Assembly (NCBI GenBank): GCA_907165135.1
Contig: OU015567.1
Span: forward strand, 2,976,001 to 3,040,000
Origin: Oikopleura dioica
Taxonomy: Eukaryota; Animalia; Chordata
Length of the DNA: 64,000 bases
Direction of reading: 5' to 3'
The notes below the pieces were generated by a model. The model saw nothing but the letters and a program-made list of their open reading frames with translations. It did not search any database and had not been told where the DNA came from. Made by a program: the position numbers and the translations under genes. Of this stretch, positions 12,387 to 25,498 are shown one piece after another. Each line of letters opens with the position of its first letter. The first letter of the stretch is position 1.

Positions 12387-13734
12387 CTAGGAGGAGTCTT
12401 TTGAATAATCTTTAGATTTTTTCTTTTTCTTCTTGAGTTTTTTCGCTTTCTGCTTTGGCTCTTCTTGTAGGTGCTCTTCCCCTTCAAAATAGTTATTCAA
12501 AACTTTAAAGAAAAAAAGCCAAGAAACCGGTTTTTTCTTCAGATAAAATTTGGTCATCAGAATTGTGCTCTTCAAAATGATCTTCTTCATCGGCGCCTTT
12601 TCCAGTCAAATTCGCAGATTTTGCGATGAATTGATGATGATCCCGAGGTCTTGAAAAGAATAAGAAAATGCTTCTTTTCTCGAATCTTACATGGTCCCTC
12701 GTCGAAGTCGTAATTCAGAGCTTTCTTTGTATTTTTGGTTCTTCAAAGCATGAAGCTTCCAAGCATTGGCGAGCATGGAAGCAGGAATGAATGGAACGAC
12801 CTCGTTTTCGGACTCGATTTGAGAAAGCTCGTCAGATCCGATTAGCGCTAGTCGAACAGAGCCTGTTTCAAAGGGTTCAAAAAAGTCAATTAAAGAAATT
12901 TCGAGAAGAACCGAATGAACCTTTCCTATAACAGGCGCTGCGATATCTTCCATCGGTTTGTTTTCAGAGTAGCTCACTGTTTCTGCCCATTTTCTTAAAG
13001 AAACGGTTTAAAAACAGGCTGTAGATTTACCTCTTTCCTTTTCAAGAGGGTAAACTTACTTGATGTAATTGAGAATTTCCAACTCATCTATCCTTAGCAA
13101 ATCCGATCTAAGCAAAAACGCAACCGTCGCATCAGAAATTTCCAAAAAGCTCTGACTCGCGAAGCAATCTTCGGTGTGCTCTTCGATGAAGGTCAAAACC
13201 CGCTTGACAAGTTCTTTCTGCTGATTGAGTACGGAGGAGTCGATGATGGTGCAGGCGTTTTCGACCGTAATGTTGTCCGCCATGAATTTCGACGTGATTC
13301 GGCGGAGCCCGTCGAGGCCGTATTCATTCGCGGCGGAAAGGACGGCTGGTGCAAGCTCGTAGGTTAGCGTGCAGCAGTTGGTGTACATGTAGTCTCGAGA
13401 ATTTTTATTCAAAAGATCTCGATGGTCTCTTACCAAGCATCGTCAGAAAGACTTCTGTTCTTTCATCTTCCAAAATCAGCGGCTGATTTTTATTCACAGA
13501 GGCTCCTTTTTGTCTCAAAACAGTTCGGAAAACCTCGCTTCTGGCGGCTAGAATAGCTCTGTGCGCCCAAACTGGTTCTCTTCTTGGGCCAATGAGAAAT
13601 TGAATATCGGCGAATTCTTTTGAATTGATACAGCGCTTCCTCATCTGAAGATAGAATTTTCAGATAGAAAAATGGAGCAATGAAAAAACCTGAGAATAAA
13701 ACGGCATTGGATCTCCTTTCATCAATTTTTCCAT
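12387..13734 (-). CDS. BTBD19: BTB-BACK domain protein, BTBD19-like
   Basis: DIQFLIGPRREPVWAHRAILAARS, YMYTN, EYGLDGLR, FIEEHTE, LLRSDLLRIDE, VRLALI..ELS, AWKLHAL, RRGT/IPRDHH follow the BTBD19 layout as I recall it. The 3' end is uncertain (~12504 or 12387). Confidence 0.85.
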
Positions 13735-15089
13735 CTTCGGTTATCGTTTTTCTCGATTTTAAAAAGTGAATTTTTATATTTTTTGCGGCAAAAATGTCTT
13801 CTAGCCTGGAGAAGGGATTATCTCCACCGAGCGGTCCAATAACGACCGCGCATTACGACTGTCTGAGTCTTTTATCAGCTTTTCGTATCGTCCTGGCGAC
13901 AGACCCAGTTTTGAGAAGAAAAAAAAACCTGAAAGCCAGGAAGTTTTCTTTAGTCATACAATGAGTTTGTATAGAACGGGTAAATATTGGACGGAGTGAC
14001 GCATTGTCTGAGCAAAATACAAAAGAACATGAGTTTTGACGGATAAAATAATAATCGAGAATAAATTTGGATACTTATCATTAATTTTTTATAAAAAATA
14101 TGTATCTTAGTATCTCCTTTTGATAATTGTAAATCATGTGCCAATGGCAAAAAAATAGCAAAGCTCGTCAATATTCATCAGCTTAGCTTCTTACTGCGAG
14201 TAATAAACTTTCATCAATGTGACATTCTCTTTTTTTTCTTTCGAAAATTGAAGGACAGTTAAAAGGATCATACGAGTTTTTTCATTAATAAAGAGTAGAG
14301 AGGAAAAATTGATATTGTTAATTAAATCGACGTTTCTTCCTAATGAGAAAGTACAAATGATTTCGAAAAAAGACATTCCAAGAGATACAGTAGTAACACC
14401 AAGAAACAGTCCCTCTTTGTAGGATCCTGATGCTGGCTTTTTGGGAGCTTTTATAGTATTTTATAATACGGGGCCAAGACGGTTTTTGACCTTTTTCTTC
14501 AAAAATGACTTATTCCCTGAAAACGCCTTTGAAAGCAAATCTTCTTAAATTTTAGATTGGGCAGCTAATTGTCGATTTGCACGAGTTCGAAAGCAAAAGG
14601 CGTGTGGATAATTGAGTCTCTGTAGCGTTATCAATTCATAAAACGTCGCGAACCTGTCGCATATTGAAGCAGTTCTCTGCTTGACGCCGTTTCTTCAGGA
14701 TATCCAAGCAGAGAACAATCAGGCGTTTCAAAAGAGAGAGAAATAATCGGGGAGAAATTGAACTCTTCAGTTTCAAGGAAGGGGTTTTTTAGAGAAGCTC
14801 TTTCTGCCAATCACCCTAATGATTTGGGTCCCATATCATATCTGAGATATGATATCTCTTACGCTAAGAGAAAAGATGTCACGAAGTTAACTTTTTGTAC
14901 AACAGTCATTTCAATTTTGAGATTTATGATGTCTGCTCCCTTTTTCTGCCTTTTAATCTTGGTGAAACAAAAAGTTCAACTCTTAATCCTTCATAAAGTC
15001 AGGAAACCACCCAAAGGAGCCCTTGACCCAGTAGACAAACTAATACTGAAGCAAACCCACCCTAAAGAAAAAAACAAAACCTGAAGAAA

Positions 15090-15344
15090 ATGATGCGGGT
15101 AGAGAGTATTTGGCCAACCGTTCTCTTTTGCATCGGAGGACTGGTTCTCATCACCATCATTTATTTAGGTAATCATCGCTCAATCGCCTGCCTTTTATTC
15201 TGTTTTTCAGTAAAGGCATGTAACTTCCGCCACGAAGAAAGAAAAAGGCGGCAGAGCTGGTCCGCGATAAATAGACGCACTTCTATTGTGAAATACAAAC
15301 TCGAGGAACGGATCTTTCTATCAAAAATTGAGCTTCGAATATAA
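15090..15344 (+). CDS. Putative ~70-aa single-TM microprotein
   Basis: Hydrophobic N-terminus (IWPTVLFCIGGLVLITIIYL), a 42-nt in-frame GT-AG intron (15169-15210) and a basic tail with RRQSWS. Confidence 0.45.
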   Translation: MMRVESIWPTVLFCIGGLVLITIIYLGNHRSIACLLFCFSVKACNFRHEERKRRQSWSAINRRTSIVKYKLEERIFLSKIELRI

Positions 15345-15676
15345 AAAATGATGATTCCGAAAAAAGCTAGAAAGCCGAACAAAATCGCCAGCAGCATCAC
15401 CAAGATCTATCAGAAAAGAGACGGAGATAACAACGACTTATTCTGTTCCCAAAATAGGCAAGTCTTCATTTTCTTCTTCATGCAAATCATATTCCAAGAA
15501 CAGTAACATTAGTTTTTTTTAGTGATCACTACGGAAATCGATGATGGACTTCTGTCGACAAATTCATATAACTCTTCTGCTTAGAACAAAGTATTTTAGT
15601 GTCAAGCATGTTCAATAAAGCCTCCCGAAAACCATGATTCCTCTCTGCCGTATAGTCGTTAAACAATTATGCAATA

Positions 15677-16245
15677 ATGGCAAGTTTTAGGCCTCCATGT
15701 CAGCTCTGATATTTTCTTGAACCCCTGCCGTAGAGTACGAAAAGGTCTTTGAAAGAGAAACCTGCGTGAAAATGTCTGTTTATTCGCATTCTAGCTTTAC
15801 CTTGGAGTTACCTGGCTACAATCAACCTGGTATTATTTTTTTGTCCGCATGAAAATTCGTAAATTATTCTAGCGACGATTGAGGCAGATCCGTTACCAGG
15901 ATTTCTGTTAACGCACGAACCTATGTTCTGCGTTTGTCCTCATTGCGGTTTTGGAGGACAATCAGAAACTAGAAAAACGCCGGGAACAACGACACATTTA
16001 GCTGCAATTTGCATTGCTTGCTTCTTCTTTCCATGTAGCTGCCTTCCTTACTTGACTGAATGCTTTCAGGATCTAGGGTGGACCATATCGGTTGGGAGCT
16101 GGCAAAAATCCTATAAGCCAATCAGAGACCATTCTGTCCCCCAGAGCCTCCAGCCCCAAGCTTTTGGCCACCCTATCTTCAGGATACTCATCACACTTGT
16201 TCAAGCTGTAAGAATGAGATTGGCGTAAAAAAGCTAAAATTCTAG
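15677..16245 (+). CDS. LITAF: LITAF/SIMPLE-domain protein
   Basis: Reconstructed MSTKRSLKEKPAFTLELPGYNQP...CVCPHC...hydrophobic segment...CLPYLTECFQ|DTHHTCSSCKNEIG. Uses a GC-AG first intron and a GA-AG last intron (16070-16182). Confidence 0.88.
16073..16177. mobile_element. ~105-bp MITE making up almost all of the last LITAF intron
   Basis: TIR TAGGGTGGACCA (16074-16085) / TGGCCACCCTA (16165-16175). Direct repeat TTCAGGAT at 16065-16072 and 16178-16185. Confidence 0.8.
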
Positions 16246-17574
16246 ATTAAATTTTCTATAAATAAAAAAATTGATAAGAAAAATAATGTTTAGCACTCGA
16301 GAATGTCAGGTGAACATTTTTACCTTTGAAAATAAAGCATGATTATGAAATAAACGCTAATTTATGTCTCCTGAGCAAGATTCTAAAATTTATAAGGTCA
16401 GATAGATAGCGCCTGAGCGGGTCAGATTCGATTGACGCAAATTTTTGAGGCTTCAGTTTGTCTTCAGACCGAATAATCATCATTTGAGATATTAAGAATT
16501 TTTGGTATAAAAAGAATTTTTCGGAAATCAAGGAAGAGAGCAAAAGAATCAAAGAAAGGTAATTTTTTTTCAATAAAGGTAATTAATTGTGCAGAGAGCA
16601 GACTGTTTTTACAATGAATAAAAATGATGATACAACGAAAAAGAATAGAGAGTAGTCAAATTAATTCCCACCAGCAGGTCGTCTGATTGTTAAATTAATC
16701 AAAGTGAAAGTGAACCATTCTGAATCATTTTCAAAACCAGTTGAATCAGCGCTATTTTTTCGGAAAAGAAAATAGAGAAAATTAGAAGAAAAAAAAAATA
16801 CAACCTCAAAGCAACAAAATAGCAAGATAAAACAAGAAAAACTCCAAAATTTCTCATCAAAATTGTAAAAAAGGCTCAAATTAAATTATTCTTTGGTAAA
16901 ATTTGAGGATCACTCTGTTCGATTGGTTAAATTATGCAATGCGCATGTTTTTTTTAAATATATTATTATCAAATTATTCTCCTTTTTTGACAGAAATTGG
17001 TCGATTAGCGGAGCGCTTAAAAATGAGCCGCGTGAAATGACGATGAAACGGAAGTCTGATCTCATTTCCAGCCTCATCTCCTGGTCGATCACCGAGGCGA
17101 TTATTTTATTTTTATTTGCCACTGTTGAGTTTTGCTGAAGACAGACGAGGATTCTTAGGAATGCAGAAAAAAAGGCAGCGATCAGAGTCGATAAAAGAGC
17201 AAATTTGTTTAACAATCCCATTGACAGAAGATCGAGCACATGTACTCTACTACGCACTCAAGAGAAAATGCCAAATTTTCAGAAATTCGACAATTATTTC
17301 AAATGAAAAAAATTGATCTTGAAAAAAAGGGCTTTACTATAAAATTTAAATTCAAAAAGCCACTTTTACATACGACCGCAATGTTAAAACGAAAATATCA
17401 CTGTGACACCCTTATTTTTCTGCCTCAATTAAATTTGAAGGCTTTCTTCTCGTTCAGTAAAATAAGGGTGTCAAAGCTAAAATATTTCGAAAAAAGATTG
17501 AAAATTGCTCCTTAAATTTTCAAAAACGCCATACTTTTGGTCCTTAATGCGTCCTTAGGTTAAACTTGCTTCAA

Positions 17575-17660
17575 ATTGACCCCCGAAAAAAATTGCCTCA
17601 AAATCGTTTTTTGGCCCGTAGACTCCATTTCCGGGGTCAAAATTTTGAAATTCCGAAAAA
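17575..17660 (-). repeat. Dispersed copy of the interior of the 593-931 element
   Basis: GCCTCAAAATCGTTTTTTG..C.G.AGA.TCCATTTCCGGGGTCAAAATTTT.AAATTCCGAAAA matches the reverse complement of ~625-715. Confidence 0.85.
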
Positions 17661-17998
17661 TCTTAATAAACCTAATTCTGAGCCCCAAATTCCTTGGTTT
17701 CCTGAAAAACCTCACCTTCTCTATCAAAAAGCTGTGCCATTTTTAACCCGCCATGATAAACAACTCTTTTCACCGTTGACCTTATCTCTCGCTCAGAAAA
17801 GATTCATTTACGGCGTCTGATGATAATGCTCTTTGAGTACCTTTTTTTATTTTTCTCGCGAGCGGAGAATTTACTGCCAGTTAAATTCCCTTGTAAATTT
17901 TCGAATTTCCTGGGCAGGTGCTCAAACAAAAATTGATTTTTTGCGATTTAGAAAAACGAGGAAATCCAAAAAAGAAGAAAAAAGAGGATCGAGAGAAG

Positions 17999-20573
17999 AT
18001 GGATGCTCTAGAAGCTGAATTAGCCGCACTTCAAGCCGCGCTGAAAGGAGATGAGGATAATAAAACGGAAAATAAGCCACAGGTAAGCTTTTTCCTCAAA
18101 TTTTTTTTTATGAAAATCATGAATTTTGATTGAATTTTTTGGCAAGGAGCTCAGCAATTTGCGTCGCGATTTATTTTTAGTCCTCAGAATTTACTGTGAC
18201 AGAAGTAATTTACACGTTTAGACCTTAGCTTCCGTCAGCCGCCCCTTGCCTTTTTTTTCTTTTTCTCTCAATTTTAGTTAAATAGAGTTAGGAGAAACAG
18301 AAACTTTTTTGTGATTTTTAGACAAAAGAGGAGGAGGAAGTCGACTGGCCCGATGCGCCCGACTTAGATACGTGGATTTCTCAAACGCACAAGGAGCGGA
18401 TTGTTCAGAATTCTTAGATTTTAAAATAGAGAACGAAGAAATGAAATTCTGAACGATTGTAAAAGGAGCCAGAGAAGCCGAAAGAGCCGACACTTGAAGA
18501 ATTAGAGAAAGTTTCTGAAGGGTAAGATATTAAAAAAAAAACCATAAATCTATCAATAATTATAAAAGTCAGGAGTTTTGATTTTCTATTAATTATTGGA
18601 AATCAAACTTAATATTATATCACATTAGTTGGGATTTTGGTCCAGCTAATAATTTTATAAATTCTGATTTACTGAACCATGCGCAGCAAACGATACGCCC
18701 TCTATAGAAGTAACCGAGATAAATCCTTGATTTCAGAACATCATCAAACCGTTCCTCTGTGGCAACATCTTCGTCGAACTCCTGCAATCCTCCTTCAATC
18801 CCCGACCCTCCAAAAACTCCACAAGTCCCTCCACCTGTCGCTTCCGCTCCCACTCCCCCACCACCTCTTCCAACCCGAACATCTGACAGTTCAAGCACTA
18901 TATCTAGCTTGAAAAGCCTGAAGGAACAGAACTCTAAGGCCGAACAAGAGGCGGATCAGCTGACGGAAATTCTGATGACGAGTTTGGCGAATGGAACCGC
19001 CGCAAAGGTCGAAAAACAGGAGTTCAAAGGAACGAGAGTTTACAATGTTGTCGAAAAAGCTTTTCTATATAAACATCAATAAACAATTATTTCTCTATAT
19101 CATATAGACTATATGAATATATCAAATCACTTTGCTTCTTCAAATGCATGCTTTTATCTCACGCTTTACTAACAAAAACTCGCACTGTATCGGACTCTCT
19201 CTCTCTCTCTCTAACTCAGGCACAAACAGATCAAAAGCAGGAAAGAAACTTCAACCATTCTTTGCTATTACCGCTTCTTGCTCCTCCCGATCATTTGTGA
19301 ACTCTTGATAAAGCAAATTGCTTCAAATGCAAAGCCGATATTTCCTCGCACGAGTCGGCTTGTTCGGTGGGCAGACCAATCCATATCGGTTATCTATATT
19401 CATTTCAAATCATTATATTTCTCTTTTATGAACTTATCGATTCTCTAGGCGATGGGCAATTATTTTCATATCAAGTGCTTGATCTGTTTGAAATGCGAAA
19501 AGAACATCCATGGTGAAGAGTTTATGGTAGTTGGGGACAACAATCCTTACTGCTCGAAATGCTATCTTACTGTAAGTCGAACTAAATTTTTGATGATCTA
19601 CCTAGAAGTCAAGTTTTTCAAGGGCACTTTTTGACCGAGAAAGGCTCTTGATGATAAAACGTGCGTATTAAAAACTTCTCATTAGACGCTGGAAAAATGC
19701 AACGCCTGTGGGGAACTGATAAAAAGTCGAATCCTTCGAGCGGTTGGCAACACTTACCACCCTGAGTGCTTCAAATGCACAAGTTGCAAGAAAAGCCTTG
19801 ATGGACTGCCCTTCACGCAAAACAACGAAAAACAACCCTACTGCGTTGAATGCTTTCAACTGTAAGAACTTCTTATAAATTCCATAACCAAAAATTTAAG
19901 GGCGTATTCTCCAAAATGCGAAGCCTGCAAGCGACCAATCGTGCCAGAAGCAGGAGAAACAGAAGCTCTCAGAATCATCGCGCTAGAAAAATCGTTCCAT
20001 AAATCCTGCTTCGTCTGCGAGGTACTTTTAGTAAATTGCCAGATCATCATAAATGATCTTTTGTTCGCATCATCATCATTCGCGGTTTTGAATTAAATTC
20101 CAAGCAGAATTCGCGGCGGATGAGAGCTTGCTTTTTTGAGCATGACAACTTGTTTGACCATTTTCGAGGGATCAGAGCTTTTGAGATGCAGTCTTTAGGG
20201 AAAAACTGTATAAAGAGCTATTTGAATAGATCTTTTTTAACTCAATTGAATCATTTTTGATTGTGTGAAATCACAATACTAATAGACCATTTGCTACTTG
20301 TTGGTATACAGATATTAATTGATTATAATCGATCGTTTTGTTTTTATATGGCACCAAGACGACGATTCATGTTTATGATGAAACGTTGCCTGAAATATAT
20401 TTTCTATTTTGAGAACAATGCTCTCCCCGCTTAGAATAATCGATTTTGAAATCTGATTTTAGAAATGCAAGGTCCTGCTCACCGATAAAGCTGCTGGCGG
20501 TTGTTATCCAGTCGACGCGTCCCTCTTTTGTAAAAACTGCTCTACAGATGCTATCAATTCAAGAATGAGTTAA
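17999..20573 (+). CDS. Zyxin/LPP/TRIP6-family protein (Pro-rich N-terminus, three C-terminal LIM domains)
   Basis: MDALEAELAALQ..., PTPPPPLP, AEQEADQLTEILM, LIM1 (CFKC..HIKCLICLKC..YCSKC), LIM2 (CNAC..YHPECFKCTSC..YCVEC), LIM3 (PKCEACKRPIVPEAGETEALRIIALEKSFHKSCFVCE|KCKVLL...GCYPVDASLFCKNC). Confidence 0.9.
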
Positions 20574-20887
20574 AGAAACGACTGTACAATAATTTTGCGT
20601 GTTCCGAATGCTTAAATAAATAAATAACTCTTGAAAAACATCAAGCTTCATATAGCGAAACTGATGCCTACTAAACTTATTCCGTAAACGACGGTATGAG
20701 CTCTCCTCGATAATATGCGTTCCTTCGTTGACCTCATGTCGTTCATTATGTATGGGCTCTTTTTTAAACCTTTTATGATCACCCTAAACTCATTTTGCCG
20801 GAAACACATTTTGATGCTTGAGAAAACTCATGATTAATGAATTATAAGAGTATATATAGGCAGAGCAAAGGGCAAGCAAAAAGACAA

Positions 20888-21156
20888 ATGCTTCCTCTAT
20901 CAGCAATTTCTTCTGCCCCTTTTGCGGACCCGATTCACGGCTGGTCCTTTTCTCAGTCGAATTTCGACGTGAGTTAGATCTAGTTTTTTGGAATAATAAG
21001 AGAAAATGATAGGTTCCAATGGTCGTCTACGGGAACTATCCAACGGCAAAGAGTGATGAGTCTTTATACAGCTATTCCATCCCTTCGCACCATGATTTTT
21101 ATGGTTTGTCAGATGATTGGCTTGTCAATTATCTCTACTTAGTGAATACTATATAA
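20888..21156 (+). CDS. Putative 74-aa Tyr/Ser-rich microprotein (not in the ORF track)
   Basis: TATATA ~35 nt upstream, ATG 20888, 44-nt GT-AG intron (20969-21012) joining in phase, TAA 21154-21156 and AATAAA immediately downstream. Confidence 0.55.
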
Positions 21157-21400
21157 TGAAATAAAAACTCTGTTATATTTTCCTTGACTCCGATATCAAT
21201 CTATATATGGGATTCTAAGTTAAACCTCAAGGACAGTAATTGATAAAAAATTCCCTTCAATAACACTCATCTCTCTGTTTCACCCTGTTTGCGAAATTGA
21301 AGTCACGGCAAATACGGCTCGTATAAATTTGGCTTTTCCCTTTCTTTCCATTAGATCTTCCTGTTTCAAAAATAAAGACAGAAAGAGACACTTTCAAAAT

Positions 21401-22345
21401 ATGACCGATGTAGAGAGTGCTTCTTTTGATGAAAGCTGGTCAGATGACTCTTGGAGCTCGATTTCTGACGGTTCTTCTCTTGACGATTGGATTTGTTCAT
21501 TTGAAAATCGAGTCAGTGACGACCACCGCGACGATTCCATACCTGACCAAGACCCTCATCATGGTACCCTAGGCTCCCTTCAAAACTCAGGTAAAAACCT
21601 ACCGTTCCACTCTTCTTATCAGTCATCTTCAGGATCTAAGAGAAAAAATAAAGAGAAAGAAGAAAAAATGACAGCGATTCAGAATGCTCTACTACTTTCA
21701 TTAAAACTGCTAATTTTCATCAAATTGAAGAAGTTTTTTGAAAGCTGTTCACGAATATACATCTCTCGATAAAGAAATTGTCTTAATTGCATGTCGCACT
21801 TTTCCTTTTTCTACTATCAGTGGCAGGAACAAAGTGCTAACGCGTCAAAGGCACTTGCCAAAAACAGAGCTTCTTGCGTCATTATTGATAGAGCTTTTTC
21901 TAAAGCTTCTTTCTGATCTCGTTAAAACGAACAAACTCTCTAAAATCATCATCAGAAATGACCAACAGCAAGTTTCAAGAGATACTCGGGATCATTTTGG
22001 AAATTGAAGAAAATACAGCGTCGACAAAACAGCGATATTCAAACTTGAAGAAGTCCTTTTCAAATGAAGAAATCGATGAAAAAGCAACTGATTACGATTC
22101 TCTCAAAGGCTTTTTGATCGAAAAATTTTCCGGTGAAAACCGTAAGTTTATGATTCACAGGGTCGGGCCTATATTGAGAGCATTCTTTTGAGGGATGATA
22201 AAATTAATTCAAGACCCATATCATTTTGATTCTCCCTAGTTTTAAACGATCTGGAAATATTGGAAAATTCACTTCCTGACCTCAAGAAAGGGTTCAAATC
22301 ATCTGTACATGCGAAAATATGTTTTATATATTTAAGATGTTTTTG
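21401..22345 (+). CDS. Unknown multi-exon gene with an acidic Ser-rich N-terminus
   Basis: ORFs 21329-21772, 21738-22007 and 21958-22191 are linkable by short introns. No recognisable domain; the end is approximate. Confidence 0.4.
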
Positions 22346-25300
22346 AAAAAAATAACGGTTTTTATTTCTGCAAACGCAGCTGCCTAATTAAGTAATTGCA
22401 GTCATTGCAAGAACACGTGAATATCAAGTGCAGAGCCACGAAAATCGGCTTGTTTCTAGTTCAACATTTCCGCCTTCCTGTCCCTGTTGAACCCTTGACA
22501 GGAGAACGCAGCATTTAAAATAAAAGATTTCTCCCCTACTCTGGAATGGAGCTGGGATGTGATTCACGATACCTGTCACGGTTTACGAAGTAAACTAACG
22601 TTCGGAGAGTTCAATCAGCCCCACCCCTCAGAACTTAACCTGGCTAATGAGGAGGCAATTAGGAAGCAATTCCTTCCCTCGTGATGTGAGCTTCCGAGAT
22701 TTTGCGTTATATTTTCTGAAATCAAAAATTATAACCACGATTTTTCGGAAGGGTTCAATTTTAGGATTGCCTATTGTAGCAAAATTTCTTTTGGAGAAAA
22801 ATGAACTTTGTTATAGCCCTTCATTATCGAGCATAGGCCCCTTAATCGCGAATATAACTCGCAAACCTAACAAAGTGCTATCTGTCGCAATATAGTGGAC
22901 GAGCAGTGTACCAAATGCCAAGCAGATTCTTCAATTACGACGTGTGAGGGACGGGCTTCTTTGTTTTCAACATTTTTGTTTAAACTAGAATCATCTTCAA
23001 AATTCGAACACCTTGTAATGCAACTTACAAATTTCGAACTTTTAAAAGCTGAAGACTAAAATTCGAAACTTTCATGAATTTTGTGGTTTATCGAAGAAAT
23101 AAATCAGATCTCGCTGAGATAATATTTGATCGAGCTTGTGGCTTGAAAGAAGCAAGAATAATAATTTGATAAAAGCTGGTACGACTTGTAAGTTACAAGT
23201 ACACGGTTCAAACAAGAAAGTCCTCATTAAAGATTATCTGGGGAGAGTGTGGACATTCTTTTCACGATCATTGTATGGAGCTTTGGCTGACCCATGCTAA
23301 TCAAGGTGAAGTAAACTTGATTTCTTTCATAATATCAAATATTTTTGAAAGCGCCAACGTGATCCTTTTTCCAAGAGAAAACGTAACAAATGAGTTTTTT
23401 TCGCCCATTGTTCTAGTGTAAAACGTACCCAACGTCAATGTTTTACACGGCGAAGAGGCTCAGGAGCAAAACACGACACTGTGTTGAGTTTTGTGGTACT
23501 TTTGTTTTGAATACTTTTCATTTCAATACCTTGATTCGGGGTAAAATCGATTAAGTTTTCTTTTCAAATTTGATTAGCGATAGACTAAGGCTGATTAATT
23601 AAATTTAAGGTTAAAAAGTGAGAAAAGGTTTTCTCAATTAATTTGAAGCCACAAAAGATCATAATCACAATCGTGTCGTTAAATACTTTTCCTTGTTTGA
23701 AAATTAGAACACCTTCCGCGAGGCGGAATTTCAGGCAAAGAGACCACGTTGGCGCGGTAAATCTATCGAGGCATTTTTGAATTACATGATCACAAGGCGG
23801 TGCGAGATGTCCACTTTGTCAGGCAGAATGGAGACTCAACAAAATAGGAATCGGGTAAATACGACAAAGAGCTCTGAACTTCGGGGGCGCATAAATTATG
23901 AGTCAGATTTTCACCCGCACGAAGGCAAGTAAATCCCGTCAACAGCTCTGGCCTTGCTTGGATCTGTGAATAAATATCAAAATCTCTATAAAAGTGCGAC
24001 TCACTGGATCTCAATCTGCAGGGAATATATTTGCCAAGCAAAAACAAAGTCGCATAAAATGATCGGTTTGCCCTGAATTCTCTGTTCACAAGTTGAGAAA
24101 AAAATCCCTTTCACTTGTTTCGCCTTTTCCAGAAAATCTAACATCCAGAAAATCCCCCTCTCCGGTTTTCCCTTTCAAAATGGTAAGAGAGAATATCATT
24201 TCATTGAAAGAAAATCGAAATCAAGGATTACGCTGGCCCTTGTCAATCAACGGACGATCACGTCGAGTTCCTTGAAAGACGAAATCAACAAGATCATCTT
24301 AGAATCGTCATCAAGTTAACTCAAGACGAGTTCACTCGGCCAAAGGATCTTCATGATCCTGTTTCAACTATTTCTTTTTGATTTTATTTTAAATTCCTGC
24401 AAACCAATGCCCCTCCCTTTCACCTTTCTTTTTTGTTAGAATATGTGACCAGCGTTTATCCACCTAGAACCAATGGAAAAACATTGGTCGCATACGCCAA
24501 CTCCATCCGAAATATTTATACGACTTCTCGTACATCTATTTCCTGATGAGTTTGGTACACGAATATAAGTTAATCGAAAGTCCTTAATTTTCCACATTCA
24601 CGAAAATTGAGGCTAGAATCCTCTGACAGTCAAAGAGTTGATTCTACAAGTCTTCGTTCTCGACACTTCGGAATGGAGCAATGCGCACAACAAATAATGT
24701 CGCATTTTAAAAGTTTTGAAATACCCTGAATAGGAAAACTTTTTCACAGCCACTCAAATTGTCGCATCATAAGACGACGCTCATGAGAAGCAGAAAAATG
24801 CTATCGCATCTCAGTATACATGCGAAGAGCTGTACTAGACTGACCAACAATTGGTACAGTCACCAGTTGTCTTTGAACAAACATGTTCATGACCAGGAGT
24901 TAACTAACATGTTGACTCTGGAATAACTGGATTAAGATCAACGTACTGTGTACTTCACTCTCAGTTTTCTTTTTGTCCCTCCTGTTCATTGGTTTGTTAA
25001 TACAAATTCGATAATTGGAAAGAAAGACAAAGTATTTCGGTAAGCAAGGTGCATGTTTTATTGCTGGAAGAGAGATAAAATTGGAACTAAGCGCATCATA
25101 AATAGATAAAAATTGTCGAGTACATATTCATCGGTAAGGCAAAAATTAAAGGCACGTGTTTTTTGCATGTAAAGAGCTTTTGTACAAGTAATTTGTCTTC
25201 GTAAAATATTTCTTTAAGTTCTCAATTGCATCTGTTTCTGGTGAAGATAAGGTGAGTTGGATTAGAAGGGAGATTCTTCTAAGATGTTTTCGTCCGCTTG

Positions 25301-25498
25301 AGGCATCGAGGTTTTCCGGCTTGTCGTTTTAATTGACTAAAATAGTGAGTTTAATTAAATAATAAATATACCGTCAATTAGAGGAAAGTCAAGCAAGAAC
25401 GATGTTCATAGAAATAACACGGAAATGGCAAATTAAAAAGCAAAGAAACAGCTCAACAGAACTTGATTGTTATGGAAGAAAACGACCGTTAAAACACG

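Noticed and set aside
16893-17316. Overlapping short ORFs on both strands
   Set aside because: No consistent canonical splice model or motif.
7999-18082. Similar first-exon peptides of amt ([11 protein letters not shown]) and the LIM gene (LEAELAALQAALK)
   Set aside because: Generic amphipathic helices with no nucleotide similarity.
19192-19212. (CT)n microsatellite in the LIM gene intron
   Set aside because: An ordinary short microsatellite.
20915-20945. FADPIHG resembling the SAMHD1/HD-domain DPIHG motif
   Set aside because: The peptide is 74 aa with no HD motif, so this is likely chance.
23786-24381. Possible small spliced gene on the + strand
   Set aside because: Several alternative frames and phases fit equally and there is no domain; insufficient support.
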